DNA of 47,573 nt, taken from the NCBI RefSeq assembly GCF_001186125.1, contig NW_014040529.1:1-47573 (forward strand), read 5' to 3'. Shown here piece by piece: positions 14,301-26,590 of the stretch (positions within the stretch are counted from its first letter, which is position 1; every line of letters starts with the position of its first letter). The translations under genes and the position numbers were made by a program. The notes beneath the pieces are model-generated. The model ran no database searches and was not told where the DNA came from. It was given only the letters and a program-made list of their open reading frames with translations. The stretch comes from Sphaeroforma arctica JP610. Its lineage: Eukaryota.

Positions 14301-14821
14301 GGCGGAGTATGCATGTAGGCCATATGTGTACAATACCCTAGGACTACCCTGCTACAGAACCAGATACGCAAGTACCCGAAGAACGATAGTGAACTCCATC
14401 GTATGAAACACAAGCACTCATGTACAAAAACGACATACATATTACAAACACGAAGTCGTCCTTTGGTAATTTGAATCGACATACTTGAACACGATAGATA
14501 ACTAGCTTATAGTATTGCGGAAGTTAGATATACGTGCCTAGTGTATTAGTACGCAAAAAGGCACAACGGCTGACACCACGCAATATGCAACTGAAATGCC
14601 CGCCTGATTATGACTATGATCTGTATATGCATAAAAATATGAACGACTGTTAACAAACATCACAAACATGCAGGTGAGATGCCATCCTCAGTGTCCCTGC
14701 TTGTCATCCTGAGCGTCCCTACCTCTTGTTCGCATGCGTCTACGAAAGACTTCTTCATCGAGCGCACATAAGCCGAAAGCTCCTCTTTAGTCGTAGGTGT
14801 GAAGGGTTTACTCGACGACAT
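9347..14821 (-). CDS. COA7: COA7-like Sel1-repeat protein (cytochrome c oxidase assembly factor 7), 5 exons
   Basis: Exons 14821-14723, 13817-13764, 13018-12894, 10478-10346 and 9607-9347 join in frame: MSSSKPFTPTTKEELSAYVRSMKKSFVDACEQE|GDANSCHSLAEFLEGMEK|NYTEAMQQYKQNCEKNKHAGSC..|..KACAFNAADGCNN..DLRKAEKFFTK|GCDAGDGRSCFNLSTLYLTG..DMGKAFELSAKACDLGSKYGCVNAARM. The paired-Cys Sel1 repeats are collinear with human COA7. The last exon may splice onward after HKK. Confidence 0.85.
10542..10730. repeat. Degenerate tandem repeat of about 80 bp, 3 units, in a COA7 intron
   Basis: TA(C)AAGGCTGAA(A/C)CC..GTGG recurs at about 10542, 10624 and 10699. Confidence 0.65.
11290..11710. repeat. Compound microsatellite (TA)n-(TG)n-(TGTGTC)n-(ATGT)n running into a gap
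   Basis: Directly visible. It explains the long spurious CMYV ORFs. Confidence 0.97.
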
Positions 14822-16520
14822 GGTTAGCAAAGAACAAGATTGTGGGATCTTATGGGTTATATGTTTCTATATCTATACTCTAGGATTATAGTAGCGGTAT
14901 GGTTTATCCATGCATTCGTATCTTTATTTTTGTTGACGGTGCAAACTGCAATGTGCATTTAAACAAGAACGATGAGGTTGATTAACTATCTATGGCATTT
15001 CTAAATTTGTAATTTTGTCGATGTCAGTATTACATATATTTTTGAGTTTTGACAGTATTCATTTGATGTATTTTAAAATATGAAAATACAATATATATGC
15101 CATTTCTATAGTCAGCGATATGTACAACACTGCAATAACTCTGTGTCTTCAAATGGCAAGACGATATATTGTATAGTAGTAAACTGTACTTATTTACTAC
15201 GTCGACACATCATATGACGTTCGTCAATAGCTTCCTATGCATATCAGAAGCATCTTTATTATTTTCCTAAGCATACTCATAGTGTGACGGCAAGTATTGG
15301 TTTTTGAAGGACCAGAACGCAATTTCACCGCAAATAGGACTACGACTGTTTGTGCGTCAGAGAACAAGCGATTTGCACCTGCTTTGCGTGTGTGTATGTG
15401 TGCATGTGTGTGTATACATAGAAACACAATATATATANNNNNNNNNNNNNNNNNNNNTATATATATACATATATATATATATAATAGCGTAAACTTCAGA
15501 CCAAACTTAATCATTTTAGACTTCGTAAAATTCTCTCAATGATAGTCAAAATGATGCTAATATTCTCACGGGTAGAAGTTATGTCGATCGGAACTTGGTC
15601 CGAAACATTGATATGTCCTTCATATTTATAAAATAAGTACGAGCATTGTATTTTCACATATGTAGATGAAAGCAAACTTTCGTTTATGTATTCATGCAAG
15701 ATTGCTACCACGGCAACGAACACTATATACACATCGTTCTAAATCTGCAATACGCCTGCCTCCTTAAGTCTTTTTATGTATATACCCTGTCCACAGAATC
15801 AGGTATGAAATAGCATGATGATCATCCATGCAGATGACATTTCCGAAAGCAAGTGTGCATTCATACAACTCTGCCTAGCAATACATTATCTCGAGTCCGA
15901 CACAACCACTTCACGTTCACACTAATTAATTTACGTGCATACTCAGTTTCACTCAACGTTGAAAACGCAATTAATATTGCATGTCTGAAAACATAGACGC
16001 GCACACATATTCTTATGCACACCGATATATATGCACGTGTCATCTACTTGCATAAAAATACATGGCTGCGACAAAAATTAGCTCTAACGTAAGACGATTC
16101 ATTAACGTTCGCGGCATAACCCTACCTTGCACACCATCTCAATATAGAGATACCCTTCGTAGAACACGAGAACACACTCGTATCTGTGTTTGCAGTCATC
16201 AAAGATCCAGATAGTTGTACTTGTTACAGACAGATACTACATTGCACCTCCATGAACAATAATAAGCACTTTTCGCATGTGTACAGACGTTCACAAGGAC
16301 AATGCTGTTCCGTTCGATATCCGACATCTATAAGCGAGTAAAAAAATTCTGAATTAAAGATGACAGAAAATCAACTCGAGATCAATAACGGATACTAATT
16401 TCAGGCTTATTCACCATACAATCATTTATGTACCGACACTGCTATTCAAGTGCCATTAATAAACTAACTGTCTAGCTTATACATTCATAGCAAACTTATA
16501 CTGACTCGATATTGAATCGT

Positions 16521-18113
16521 TTAAGCTTGTTCACGCTTCCACTGGTCTAGAGTTCCGTGGTTGTTACGGAACTTGACGTAGCAACCATCGGGAACAACGG
16601 TTCCATTGGCGCGACGCTCTACGTACTCAGCACGGGTTAGAGATGTGAATCCCCAGTTCTTGGAGACACCAATAGCCTGTGAGCGATACAATGAACGAAT
16701 ACAGATATATGTATGAAATTGTGCATGTGAGAGTAAGTAATCTATGCATCTAAATCCAAATGACAGGACGATAACAAACAAACAGAATGAAATACTAAAC
16801 ACAATACAATAGGCAAGATATATTGTCAAGACTGTATCCACAACTCGACTCATTCGAAGCGATGCGACAAACTAACTCAACTATGCCACTACTCACGTAA
16901 AACAACTGAAATATTCCCCAAAAGAAAGAGAAGCTGATGCTCAGCCATGAGGTTTTCTAAGTCTCGTAAAAGCATATAATCATGTTTTCAGTGCCCAGTG
17001 CGGAGACATCATCACACAGCTTCTCTCGCAGTTTATACATACGACACACCGCACAATCAAACACAAACAGCCGAATCGAAATCTGTTCACACACACAGCT
17101 TCTCTCGCAGATTATACATACGACAAATCAATCACAAACAGCCGAATCGAAATCTGTTCACATGCTACCACAAAAAAATATATTATAAACCGTCCCATAC
17201 GTTCGATATATTTATAGTCCTTTAAAATAGAGAAGTTTCATTAATTTACACGTACCTGGCGTCCGGGGAACTTGAACTTGGCACGACGAAGAGCCTCAAC
17301 AACGTGCGGGACGTTGGCATCCTTAGTACGTACAGACAACAGAGGCTGTCCAATGTTTACGCGAGCAACGGTTCCCTGGGGCTTACCGAAGGCACCACGC
17401 ATACCGGTCTGAAGACGATCAGCACCGGCACATGACAACATTTTGTTGATACGAAGTACGTGGTAGGGATGGACACGCACACGCAGATGGAAACCATCCT
17501 TGGAGCACATCTTGGAGATGTACTTGTTACATGAGATACGGGCAGCCTCTAAAGCTTCGGAACTCTGCGAGGTACGATGAAAATGAACGGATAGTTTAAT
17601 GGTTGGACTCTATAGATATATCTGCGCAATATAAAGATAAACAATCCAATACACAGACAAATATGATGCCACGAGAAGAGACGTGTTCAGTAAAGAGGTT
17701 TTCTAAGTCTCGAATAGCATATAATCATGCAATCAGTGCCCAGTGCGGAAACATCATAACACGCCCTCTTGCTCTCCTGGCCATACATAAAAAACTTATG
17801 GACAAGATATAACTAATCCGCATGTGAGATGCGTCACTTGTACGGTCTTTGAAACAGGTAAAAATACGAAGGTAGCAACAGCAAATCTTGACAGACACTC
17901 GTCTATTAATTATATATATATAAATATACATACCAACTGTTCCTTCTCCAAGGAGAACATATGTACGCATGATGGGAAAGCATCGACGGAAGCAGTCTTG
18001 TTTCCTAGATCGTAAATACGAATCTTGGGGTCGGGGACACCACGACAAAACCGACTCTTAGGGTACGGCTTGTTCTTGCAGTATCTGTAACAACGGGCTG
18101 GACGGCGACCCAT
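16521..18113 (-). CDS. RPL10: 60S ribosomal protein L10 (uL16), 3 coding exons, 214 aa
   Basis: Exons 18113-17934, 17564-17256 and 16676-16521. [101 protein letters not shown].. Confidence 0.98.
16936..17017 (-). ncRNA. Intronic box C/D snoRNA, SNORD88/snR76 family (copy 1)
   Basis: The minus strand reads ATGATGT (box C), guide GCACTGGGCA, CTGA (D'), ATGATT (C'), CGAGACTTAGAAAACCTC, CTGA (D). The guide is complementary to the conserved LSU rRNA sequence TGCCCAGTGC. It lies in an RPL10 intron on the sense strand. Confidence 0.85.
17012..17162. repeat. Tandem duplication of about 75 bp in an RPL10 intron
   Basis: CACACAGCTTCTCTCGCAG..CACAAACAGCCGAATCGAAATCTGTTCACA occurs twice. Confidence 0.9.
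17682..17763 (-). ncRNA. Intronic box C/D snoRNA, SNORD88/snR76 family (copy 2)
   Basis: Same boxes and guide as copy 1, closed by a terminal stem CGTGT/ACACG. It lies in a different RPL10 intron, and similarity between the copies is confined to the C-to-D interval. Confidence 0.88.
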
Positions 18114-18823
18114 CTTGACAACTACATTTATAAGAATTGTGTATAATACAATGAATAAGGAGGTGCTATCAAATTATATTCCATAGGCGTGAAAGACTAT
18201 CTTGCCAACTATATATGACAAGTAATGTGAATGATACCGACTAATATAAAATGGATATGAATGTGTATAGGTCACAGACGGAGAAGTCTTTGGGTGATAT
18301 TCCATGGCATGTGCATTACTGTGTTATGTCTGCGCAACTGGAACTGCTGAATGGTATCCAAATGTTATTAAATACTGTGATGTGTATTGTAGAACTCTCT
18401 CATGGTGATGTCTCGAAGCGTAAGTGTGAACATACAATCGGAAGTACATGCTTGCGAGCGTTCGTGGTATAAGATTGTGCAAGAGCGGCGCATCTGCATG
18501 TCGCATTGAGAGCAGATATACGACGTTCAGAATGACTAGATGCCTGCAAGTGCTGCTGGATGCAAGGTTTCATAATCTCCTGCTATAATCTACACCTCGA
18601 CCACTGCGTAGAAACATGATTCTCCTTCTGGTCGACCATTCGCACAGCATCACATCGACCACATACTTTTACGGCGCGCGTCTAAAACTAGCTACTAATT
18701 GCAGCCCACTCTAAAATATGTGTCTACTTGCGTTGCCTGTGATATGCAACGTCCCCACATCGCTTGGATTGCAGCTGTACTCGTTCATACGCACACATAT
18801 TTTCTTGGCTTTCACTCACGTAC

Positions 18824-18846
18824 CTTGTATGATAGGGTGAAAAGGG
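18824..18846 (-). promoter_or_regulatory. Putative non-coding first exon of RPL10 starting with an oligopyrimidine (5'TOP/TCT-like) tract
   Basis: The minus strand reads CCCTTTTCACCCTATCATACAAG|GTACGT. A matching acceptor TAG|TTGTCAAGATG lies just before the start codon. Confidence 0.55.
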
Positions 18847-19560
18847 TTTATGAGTTCCTCACTCAATCTGGTCTTATATGTGATAGCCTCCATATGCATT
18901 TTGCCGCGTGTGAGTTTTTGTAATACCGGGACGTCTATTCCGGAACAATGACAGCTCTACAGACGATTGATATACACAATATATAATTCATTCCCCATTG
19001 ATTAAATCATTATACCGTCCAATGGAAATACATATAACGAATTACAAACAATAAACGTTCAATCGGTGTATTGCAATTTACAAACAATGCCATTTTGGCG
19101 GGCTAATTAATTTTGTGTTTTGATGGTAGACGGGTATAGCTTCAGATGAAATGATGTATATAAAATACATGCCTATTACAACATTAACGACCATGCATAT
19201 GTGTATACGTCTATTTACCTTTGTAAAAATGTATACGAGGATATCTGTTGTATATATCTATTCACACGGCTTTCACGCTCTCGTTGTATCACGTACTGAC
19301 AAACACCTCAATTCGAAAAAGCGGGTCCATACTCCTTAGTTTAAATAAGGACTATTCTACAATATCACGCGGGCTATCTCTTCAAAAGTAGCAAATAAAG
19401 GGTGTACATATGCGTTTTTAACACTTTCTTCCTGTACGAAAGTGCCTAATGGAAGTAGTAGCTAGCGGATGTACGTTTCGCAGATCATATTCTTTTGTGT
19501 CACTGTATATACAAGATGTACATATTTTTGTGCGAGTATCNNNNNNNNNNNNNNNNNNNN

Positions 19561-19802
19561 TTATACTATTGTATATATATGTGTGTATATATGCGTGTGT
19601 GTGTGTATCTATGTATGCATGTATATATATATATATGTGTGTATATATGTATGTATATAAATATATATATATATATATATATAAGGCGAGTCTATGTGTG
19701 TGTGTATATAAATATGTATAAGAATGTGTGCGTGTGTGCAAATATATTTATATATAAATATGAATGTGTGTGTATATATATGTATAAATATATACATGTG
19801 TA
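19561..19802. repeat. Degenerate (TA)n/(TG)n microsatellite
   Basis: Directly visible. Confidence 0.95.
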
Positions 19803-21295
19803 TTAGGGTTCGTGCACAATTATGTTTCGTGTTTATGATTCTATTTCAGTCATGCATTGAAAGGGCAATGTCATAAATTATATTTTGTATATTTTCCATC
19901 GTTCATACCGTACAATACATGTTTGGTAGACATGGACGTTGTATCTTGTTTTCTAGGTATATATTGCACTGGTACCTTTTTTAACTTTTGAGTATCCAGC
20001 ACATGATTTTATGATGTTTTTTAGATTATGTGTAGTAACTACATTAGAATATATGCTCGGCAATACGTCATCCGCACAAACAAATGAAACAGATTATTTC
20101 GAACAACACACATTGCCTACTTAGATCAAATATACACAATTATGTATTCAAAACATACAAAATAAAGGGTATGCGTGTGTATTAAACATACACAAATAAA
20201 TGCTTGCAATGAGATTTTTGAAGCGTGATAGGCACACGCACAATCATGAGCATATATACGTGATATCGACATTTGTATAGCCGGATGTAAACGGCTTAAA
20301 GTTCGTTTATGGAAACCTTTCGTAATCGTCAGCTGCAATCCGTGATGTTACTCTTAAGTGCTGCGGTCCGCTGAGCCATTCATGTTCTTCCACAATAAAA
20401 TGCAGCCATTTCACCTCAAAAACACATATATACAGATTTATACATCAGTGATCAGTATGTATGTGCAATATTGATAAGTACATACATTTACATGTACATA
20501 TACGTATAGGATAAGGTCTTCACGCGGAGTACTAGGATGACTTCAAGGCTGACAAAATTATTCGTCTGGGTATGTGAGCGCAGGAGACAGTAGACACACA
20601 CCGGACATGTATACTACACACCATCGGATAACGAGCAAGTCAACTTTTTAATCGATAGGTCTTATATGCCGGCATGTATAATTTACTCCCAGTGTGAGTT
20701 AAAGCAAGTTGTCGACATTTTTGCGCTTTCTATGACCCGTCCTTTCCTAAGTGCACAACGGCACGATAATCTGTGACAATCTGATCAGCGGAAACTCTAT
20801 ACCACATGCAATTAGAGACAACTATATACCCAAAGTTCTCAGCTACTTTACTTCTTTGCCGCCCAAAATGTAATTCCGACAAACCCTCCGTACCATGGGC
20901 GTCGATATTATATATACGTATATATATATATATACACTCTGATTTGGGTGTGAAGAGATCTATGAAGTATGATGCCAGTCGTTGGATCACCACAGAACAT
21001 CATCAAAACTATTTCCTCAACGATTGAGCGCTCGAGTTTGCAATCATTCGATCGAAACAAACAAATGCCTGCACATCACATGTATCCCGATTAAGGTCAT
21101 AACCGCCACGGCTTAAAGGAAAAACAAAAGCCCGCAATCGATGCGTGCAGAGCTGTCATATCTAACTTCCAAGTTGAACATTCTCGACGTCAATGTGTAA
21201 GTTATGAATGCAGAGCATGTGCATCTATAAAAAACTATCAATCCCCATCGCATATTATAGTCTACCATGTCGTTGACCCGGACACACAACGACGG

Positions 21296-21460
21296 CCTTA
21301 TATATGAAAATCCAGGTATTCAAATCCTTTAGGCTGCCTTATAAATGAAAATCCAGATATTCGAATCCTTTGGGCTGCCTTATAAATGAAAATCCAGATA
21401 TTCGAATCCTTTGGGCTGCCTTTTATATAAAATTTAGGTATTCAGCCCCTTTGGGGCTGT
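21296..21460. repeat. 41-bp minisatellite, about 4 units
   Basis: Unit GCCTTATAAATGAAAATCCAGATATTCGAATCCTTTGGGCT, with two identical central copies and diverged edges. Confidence 0.92.
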
Positions 21461-21597
21461 GCACAAAAAATATCCTTTGACTCACTCTGGGTATACTGTT
21501 CATCATGAGCAAACCGTAAACCACGTCCGAAGTCCAGTACTTAGTAACGTCCATAGAATACATCTTTATTAGAATTTATAATGACCTGACTAGGAAT

Positions 21598-22972
21598 TTA
21601 ATCGAAAAGACCTGTGCCAAAAAAAAAGACAATAGTATTTTGAGAATCAAGCTACTAGCAGTAGGCTTAGGAGACAGGTAAACATCATACGAAATGAAAT
21701 GAACAACACAGACAACCCTCAACCGAATTGATGCCTACACACACAGCTACTTCATTACAAAATCTTACACAACGGTTTCAACGATTTCCAACGAGTCCTA
21801 AGTGATATATACACGATTTAATTTCAGTAATATCGCACATCAGATCAGACAACAATTTATCTCCAGAAAACAGGGTTTAGGGTTTCCTTGTATGTATGAA
21901 TTCATTCATAAAAACTTTCAGCCGAACATAAAGAAAAAAAAATTGAATAGATCCCTTTCGAATTATGTAAACAACTCAACTCGCTACGACATTGTAAATT
22001 TGTAACACTCATCAATATATATGTAAACAACAACTGCGCGTATCAATATACATACATATTTGACAAAATGAACAGCTGAATTTACATCACGCTCACCGCA
22101 AATATACAAACTACCGAAATTTAATAAGTGCGTGCCGAAAATCTACACATCTACTAGCAACTATATTCAACGCCCTTGACATAAACCCGCCCATACATTT
22201 CAAACATCAAATATACCAAACAACGAATGTACATAAACACCTCGACAATATAATATAAAATTACACCCGCACCTATCTCCCCAAATTATTACATACCGAA
22301 TCCCATATCCTCCTCCTCGGACTCCTCCTCAGGCTCGGGCGCAGCCGCGGCAGCAGCAGCAGGGGCAGCAGCAGCACCACCGGCAGCAGGGGCAGCGGAA
22401 CCAGCGGGTCCTCCAATAGGGCGAGAGAACACACACAGAGTCTTGGTACCAGTGATGTATGGGTGTACAAGCTTTAGGGGTCCGGGGCCGGCAGCAGACT
22501 CCACAACCTGCATGACGAGGGATGAGGTATCGGATGTGTGGCTGACTTAGTTGTTTGTAGATGGACCGAGATCTAGTGAAGTCGACGCCGGCACAGGTGA
22601 TGTGGAGTAGGTGACAATGGTCCCAGCGCTTTTAACGCTATTAGTGCACGATCCAGCATCAAAATCGGGTTATATCATTCACTTATTACCCGTCCTACTC
22701 GTCTCTCCTAATTTTCACAGCAAGTATTCTACTCCCAAACCGTCTTACTCGTCACTATCGTACTCTCAATAGTAAATAATACTCAACTCGCAGAAAGGGC
22801 CAAATAGTCAAATCCTCCCGTAATCGTCGCTCCTCCCACTTGCCCGCCGCAATGCTCTATATGACTGTGCCGCACTATACTTAACATATTTGAAGGTTGT
22901 GTATGTTGTAACGACAACTTTTTGTTCCATAGTACGTGTTAAATCTGAATATATATTAATATAAATATACAT

Positions 22973-23007
<35 letters not shown>

Positions 23008-23086
23008 TATACGTACATACATATATATACACATATATACGTACATACATATATATATACATATATACATATATATATTTATATAC

Positions 23087-23117
<31 letters not shown>

Positions 23118-24230
23118 GATTGATAACTTAAGCTGAATATGTATCGAAAATTGCTGATCCTCACTGAGATTGCATCATCTATGGTCTAGACTGCCGTTGT
23201 ATCCAAAGATTCACCACGGTTGATCTGGTCAGTTGCTTATCCATGTGTAAATATAAACTCCGCCCACCTCCATGTTGCTTATAATCGAACTCATTCGACA
23301 AGCTTCAATTCGTATTCACCTATTTCGCTACCGAGAGTAATTCACAACTGAACAGAAGAGACTCTTCCGCTAAACCATGTTTGCAGGTTGCAAATCTTAT
23401 CCACGTACGCTATTGCCGTTACTTATTGACAAAGTCGTGTCGTAGAACCCAAGCAGTTCACATCGGATATTTTAAGATAACTGACACACAAAATTCAAAT
23501 AGCATGCAGCCCGTTTCTCATCCATCTAGCCCACTTCGACGCCGTGACTTAGTATTTTCCATAATGGATCTTGTGATACTAATGAATATGAACGATAATA
23601 ATCTACCTTGACTGTATAATCTACACTGACTTTCAAAATAGTCCACTTATTCGAGGTTACACACACTCGTATATCAACTAATGGATATGAACGATAATAA
23701 TCTACCTTGACTGCATAATCTACACTGACTTTCAAAATAGTCCACCTATTCGAGGTTACACACTCGTATATCAGCCTTGCATGCACAAATCGCGGTTTGC
23801 CTACTAATGAATCTACTTAGTCAATATATATTGAACGTCACATATATACAACAAAAATATATGCTCAATTTGAATAAGGACTATACCAAGCTTAACAACC
23901 TACCTTGGAGATATTGTGCTCAATTCCGTTCTTACTGTCAGATCCTTCTACGGTAAGGGAATCGTCAGTGGTGCACGTGGCAGTCCACTTGCCTAAATAG
24001 TTGTGGAGAGAAATAAACTTAAACAGCGGTAGCCTCAAATAAAAACTGTACTAAAGGGTAGACTGTATATGTGCTCTCGATAGTGGTTGACAACGGATCC
24101 AACTTCATCCAACCTCAATCGAACCTCCAGAAACACAGCAGAGTCGGCTACTTGAGATCCTTGTACAGCCGAAGGTGTATACCTTTTTACTGATACAGAT
24201 TAAATACACTTCCTTGCATACCGTTGTCAT
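21598..24230 (-). CDS. 60S acidic ribosomal stalk protein with P3-like N-terminal domain, about 117 aa
   Basis: Exons 24230-24222 and 24182-24152 (both tentative), then 23992-23904, 22507-22297 and 21611-21598, give [117 protein letters not shown]. The Ala hinge and [14 protein letters not shown] tail are diagnostic of P-stalk proteins. The start context TGTCAAGATG is the same as in RPL10. Confidence 0.85.
22950..23117. repeat. (CATATA)n/(TA)n microsatellite
   Basis: Directly visible. Confidence 0.95.
23578..23773. repeat. Tandem duplication of about 98 bp in an intron of the P-protein gene
   Basis: ACTAATG(A/G)ATATGAACGATAATAATCTACCTTGACTG..GAGGTTACACAC(AC)TCGTATATCA occurs twice. Confidence 0.95.
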
Positions 24231-26261
24231 CTTGACACTTGAAGATCCAGCTGTTAGTCATGATGGCTATCTATTCTATCCTAAGACGCTAAAAAGAAGT
24301 ATGTGCTACTTGCGTATTCTGTATATCTTGTGCGGTATAGGAGGTCAACCACTACGCCAAAGCTTTCACGTGGAGAAAAAATAATAGTGGACAAATAATT
24401 CACTTTATTAGAAGTTCGGTACGGCGAAAATGTCAACTATTTTTTTTGGTTTTGTTTCCAAAGAATATTTACTATTAGTTGGAAACCTGGACTGCTGCCT
24501 GCCCGTGCCGGCTGCATATTTATTTTATGCATCATGACTGCATCCAACTTCCCAAGTTCCAACTTGCAAGTCCCACCCACACGAGAGGCCTGACAACAAC
24601 AAGAAACCCCCATAATTTTTCGGCGGCCAAATCATAGCCTTTCCACTTTGGCCCGAACTCGAAAAATCGAAATCAATTATTTATAATTATATATACTGAG
24701 ATTGTCAACATTGTGGGTGTGCGTGCACAAATCGGCCGTATTGTGTGCATTTATTTGCATGCGTCTGCGTGAATATGGCAATGGTGGTTGTTAGTTGGTA
24801 GGAACATAAGGAGTTTTAACTATTGCTGAACAGTACAGAGCGACATTTATACCTATGGCTTGCAATAAGTGGCACTTATTTTCTTTACAAAACACCGAAG
24901 ATATTGAATAATTTTGTTTTGAAATTGCAGTTTATATGATATCATAACGGTTTACATATACTTTGTGGAGGCGAAAGGTCTGTCTTTTTTATGTGGATTG
25001 ATATACACATCGAGTTATTCACACTAGAGTGTCACGTTCTGTGGCTGCATCTATACACGATGTAGACTTACACGATTTTAAACAAAAAGAAAGTCAGCAC
25101 TGGTTACGGAATAGTAAATAGATATTGCGAATGTGGGCTGGGTGTGGAGGGGAAGTGTGTATTCGTTGTCGCTATGGTGTGAACGATGGCGCAGTAGACT
25201 TTGTGGACACACAAAGCAAATGATTGTGTCCGTCATGAATATGATAATGTGGGGTCCGCAGCTGACCATATGACTTTATCTAGACGAATATTTGTGCACA
25301 AGTATCAAAAAAAAAATGGTTTCCTCATCTATTTTTTTTTCCACTGTGACGAAAAATAGAAAAACTGCATCGTAGTATGATAGCGTCCTACTTCCGCGGT
25401 GAAACTGTAGGCGTACAACATACACAGTATGTACGAAATTGTGAACTTACTATTGTATGGAATCCCATCCACACATGTGTGTTTGTTTGTGAACTAGTAA
25501 CATATGTGTACGTGAATTCTGGAATGCACTTATCATCCATCTTGTTTTTCAAACTGAAAGCTTGTTCTTGTAATTCAGCAACTCATTTACTCAGCGACTC
25601 TTCGACAACGAATGCTGTCTCATATACTTTCGTGCAAACGTGCTCCACATCCTTTTCTTCCTTGTAAAGAGATTGATATGTTTTTAGGTTGATTGCATGT
25701 CTAGTATATATAAACTGATTGCCGTTATTCAACGCTGCAGTATTGGCTTGCCGTTCCTTTTCAATTTTTTTATTTCGCTTCTAATCTATGATAGGCTGCT
25801 TGTACAGCTGATGCCTAGAGTATTTGTGCTTTGTACACTTCAATGGATCGTTGCGTTTATGTCTTCGCGAGTGCCTTGGCAGGAGTGTATATTCATCTTG
25901 TATCTCATCGTGACCAAATAGGTTTTCTAGCATCAGTTCCTCTGCATTCTTAAGCTTGATCAAATTATTGGCTACAACCTATGAATTCCACTCGTTTACT
26001 GTTATTGACATGGTATCATCTGTCAATGATATCCACTGTTTACCACATCGCTTCAGATACTTAGGGCTTCAAATACTTAGGACAAATGTGCTTCTCATAA
26101 TTAGACAGATATATACTTGCAAAACTCTCACATTGCACACCGTTTTCTTTCAACCAAACAGGGTCGCCTTTGGGTACAAGCTTATGTTGGTTGAGACACG
26201 ACCCGTGGTACACACTCAACCATACTCACCCTCAAAAGATAGCAATTCACTCGAAAAAGTG

Positions 26262-26590
26262 TGTGTAGTAGCCGAGCCTCTACATTAGAATCTATGTTAT
26301 AAACGTACTCTTAAGCAGTGCGTAAGTTATAAACGTACTCTTGATAATACGAGGAACTTAAGTTTCCTAAATGGTCTTTAACAGTTTTATTAATTAATAC
26401 CATTTCCATTTTACATATCAGATATTTGGACAATGCCATTAAAAGGCCCCAGTAAAATACCAAACATAATATTTGGTCTAGGTCTATTAATAGAACTATA
26501 TTTACTCTCCAAATCTATTTATATCTGAATACTTCGGTAGTGAGATGGCTCAACCGAACATATGCTTCTAAGGACTATTAGTGTTGCTCA
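26262..26590 (+). mobile_element. LTR, apparently solo, of the same family as the LTR at 39899-40219
   Basis: Starts TGTG and ends GCTCA. It aligns along its length with the reverse complement of 39899-40219. No target-site duplication was found. Confidence 0.8.

Noticed and set aside
18520..18657. Additional C/D snoRNA in the RPL10 5'UTR intron (GTGATGC..CTGA)
   Set aside because: Box C is imperfect, the stem is out of register and I recognise no rRNA or snRNA complementarity.
21296..21460. CRISPR-like regular repeats (also 10542-10730 and 31085-31240)
   Set aside because: The units are head-to-tail tandem copies without unique spacers, there are no cas genes, and the context is eukaryotic.
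21822..21912. C/D snoRNA or telomerase RNA template in the P-protein intron
   Set aside because: There is no convincing box C or guide, and a template-like 14-mer alone is not evidence for telomerase RNA.
25590..26120. Coding-like minus-strand stretch
   Set aside because: It has several stops and frameshifts, and I cannot assign a family.
26533..26545. tRNA-iMet primer-binding site GGTAG(T/C)GAG
   Set aside because: It lies inside the sequence shared by both LTR copies, one of which is a PPT-preceded 3' LTR, so it is LTR-internal.
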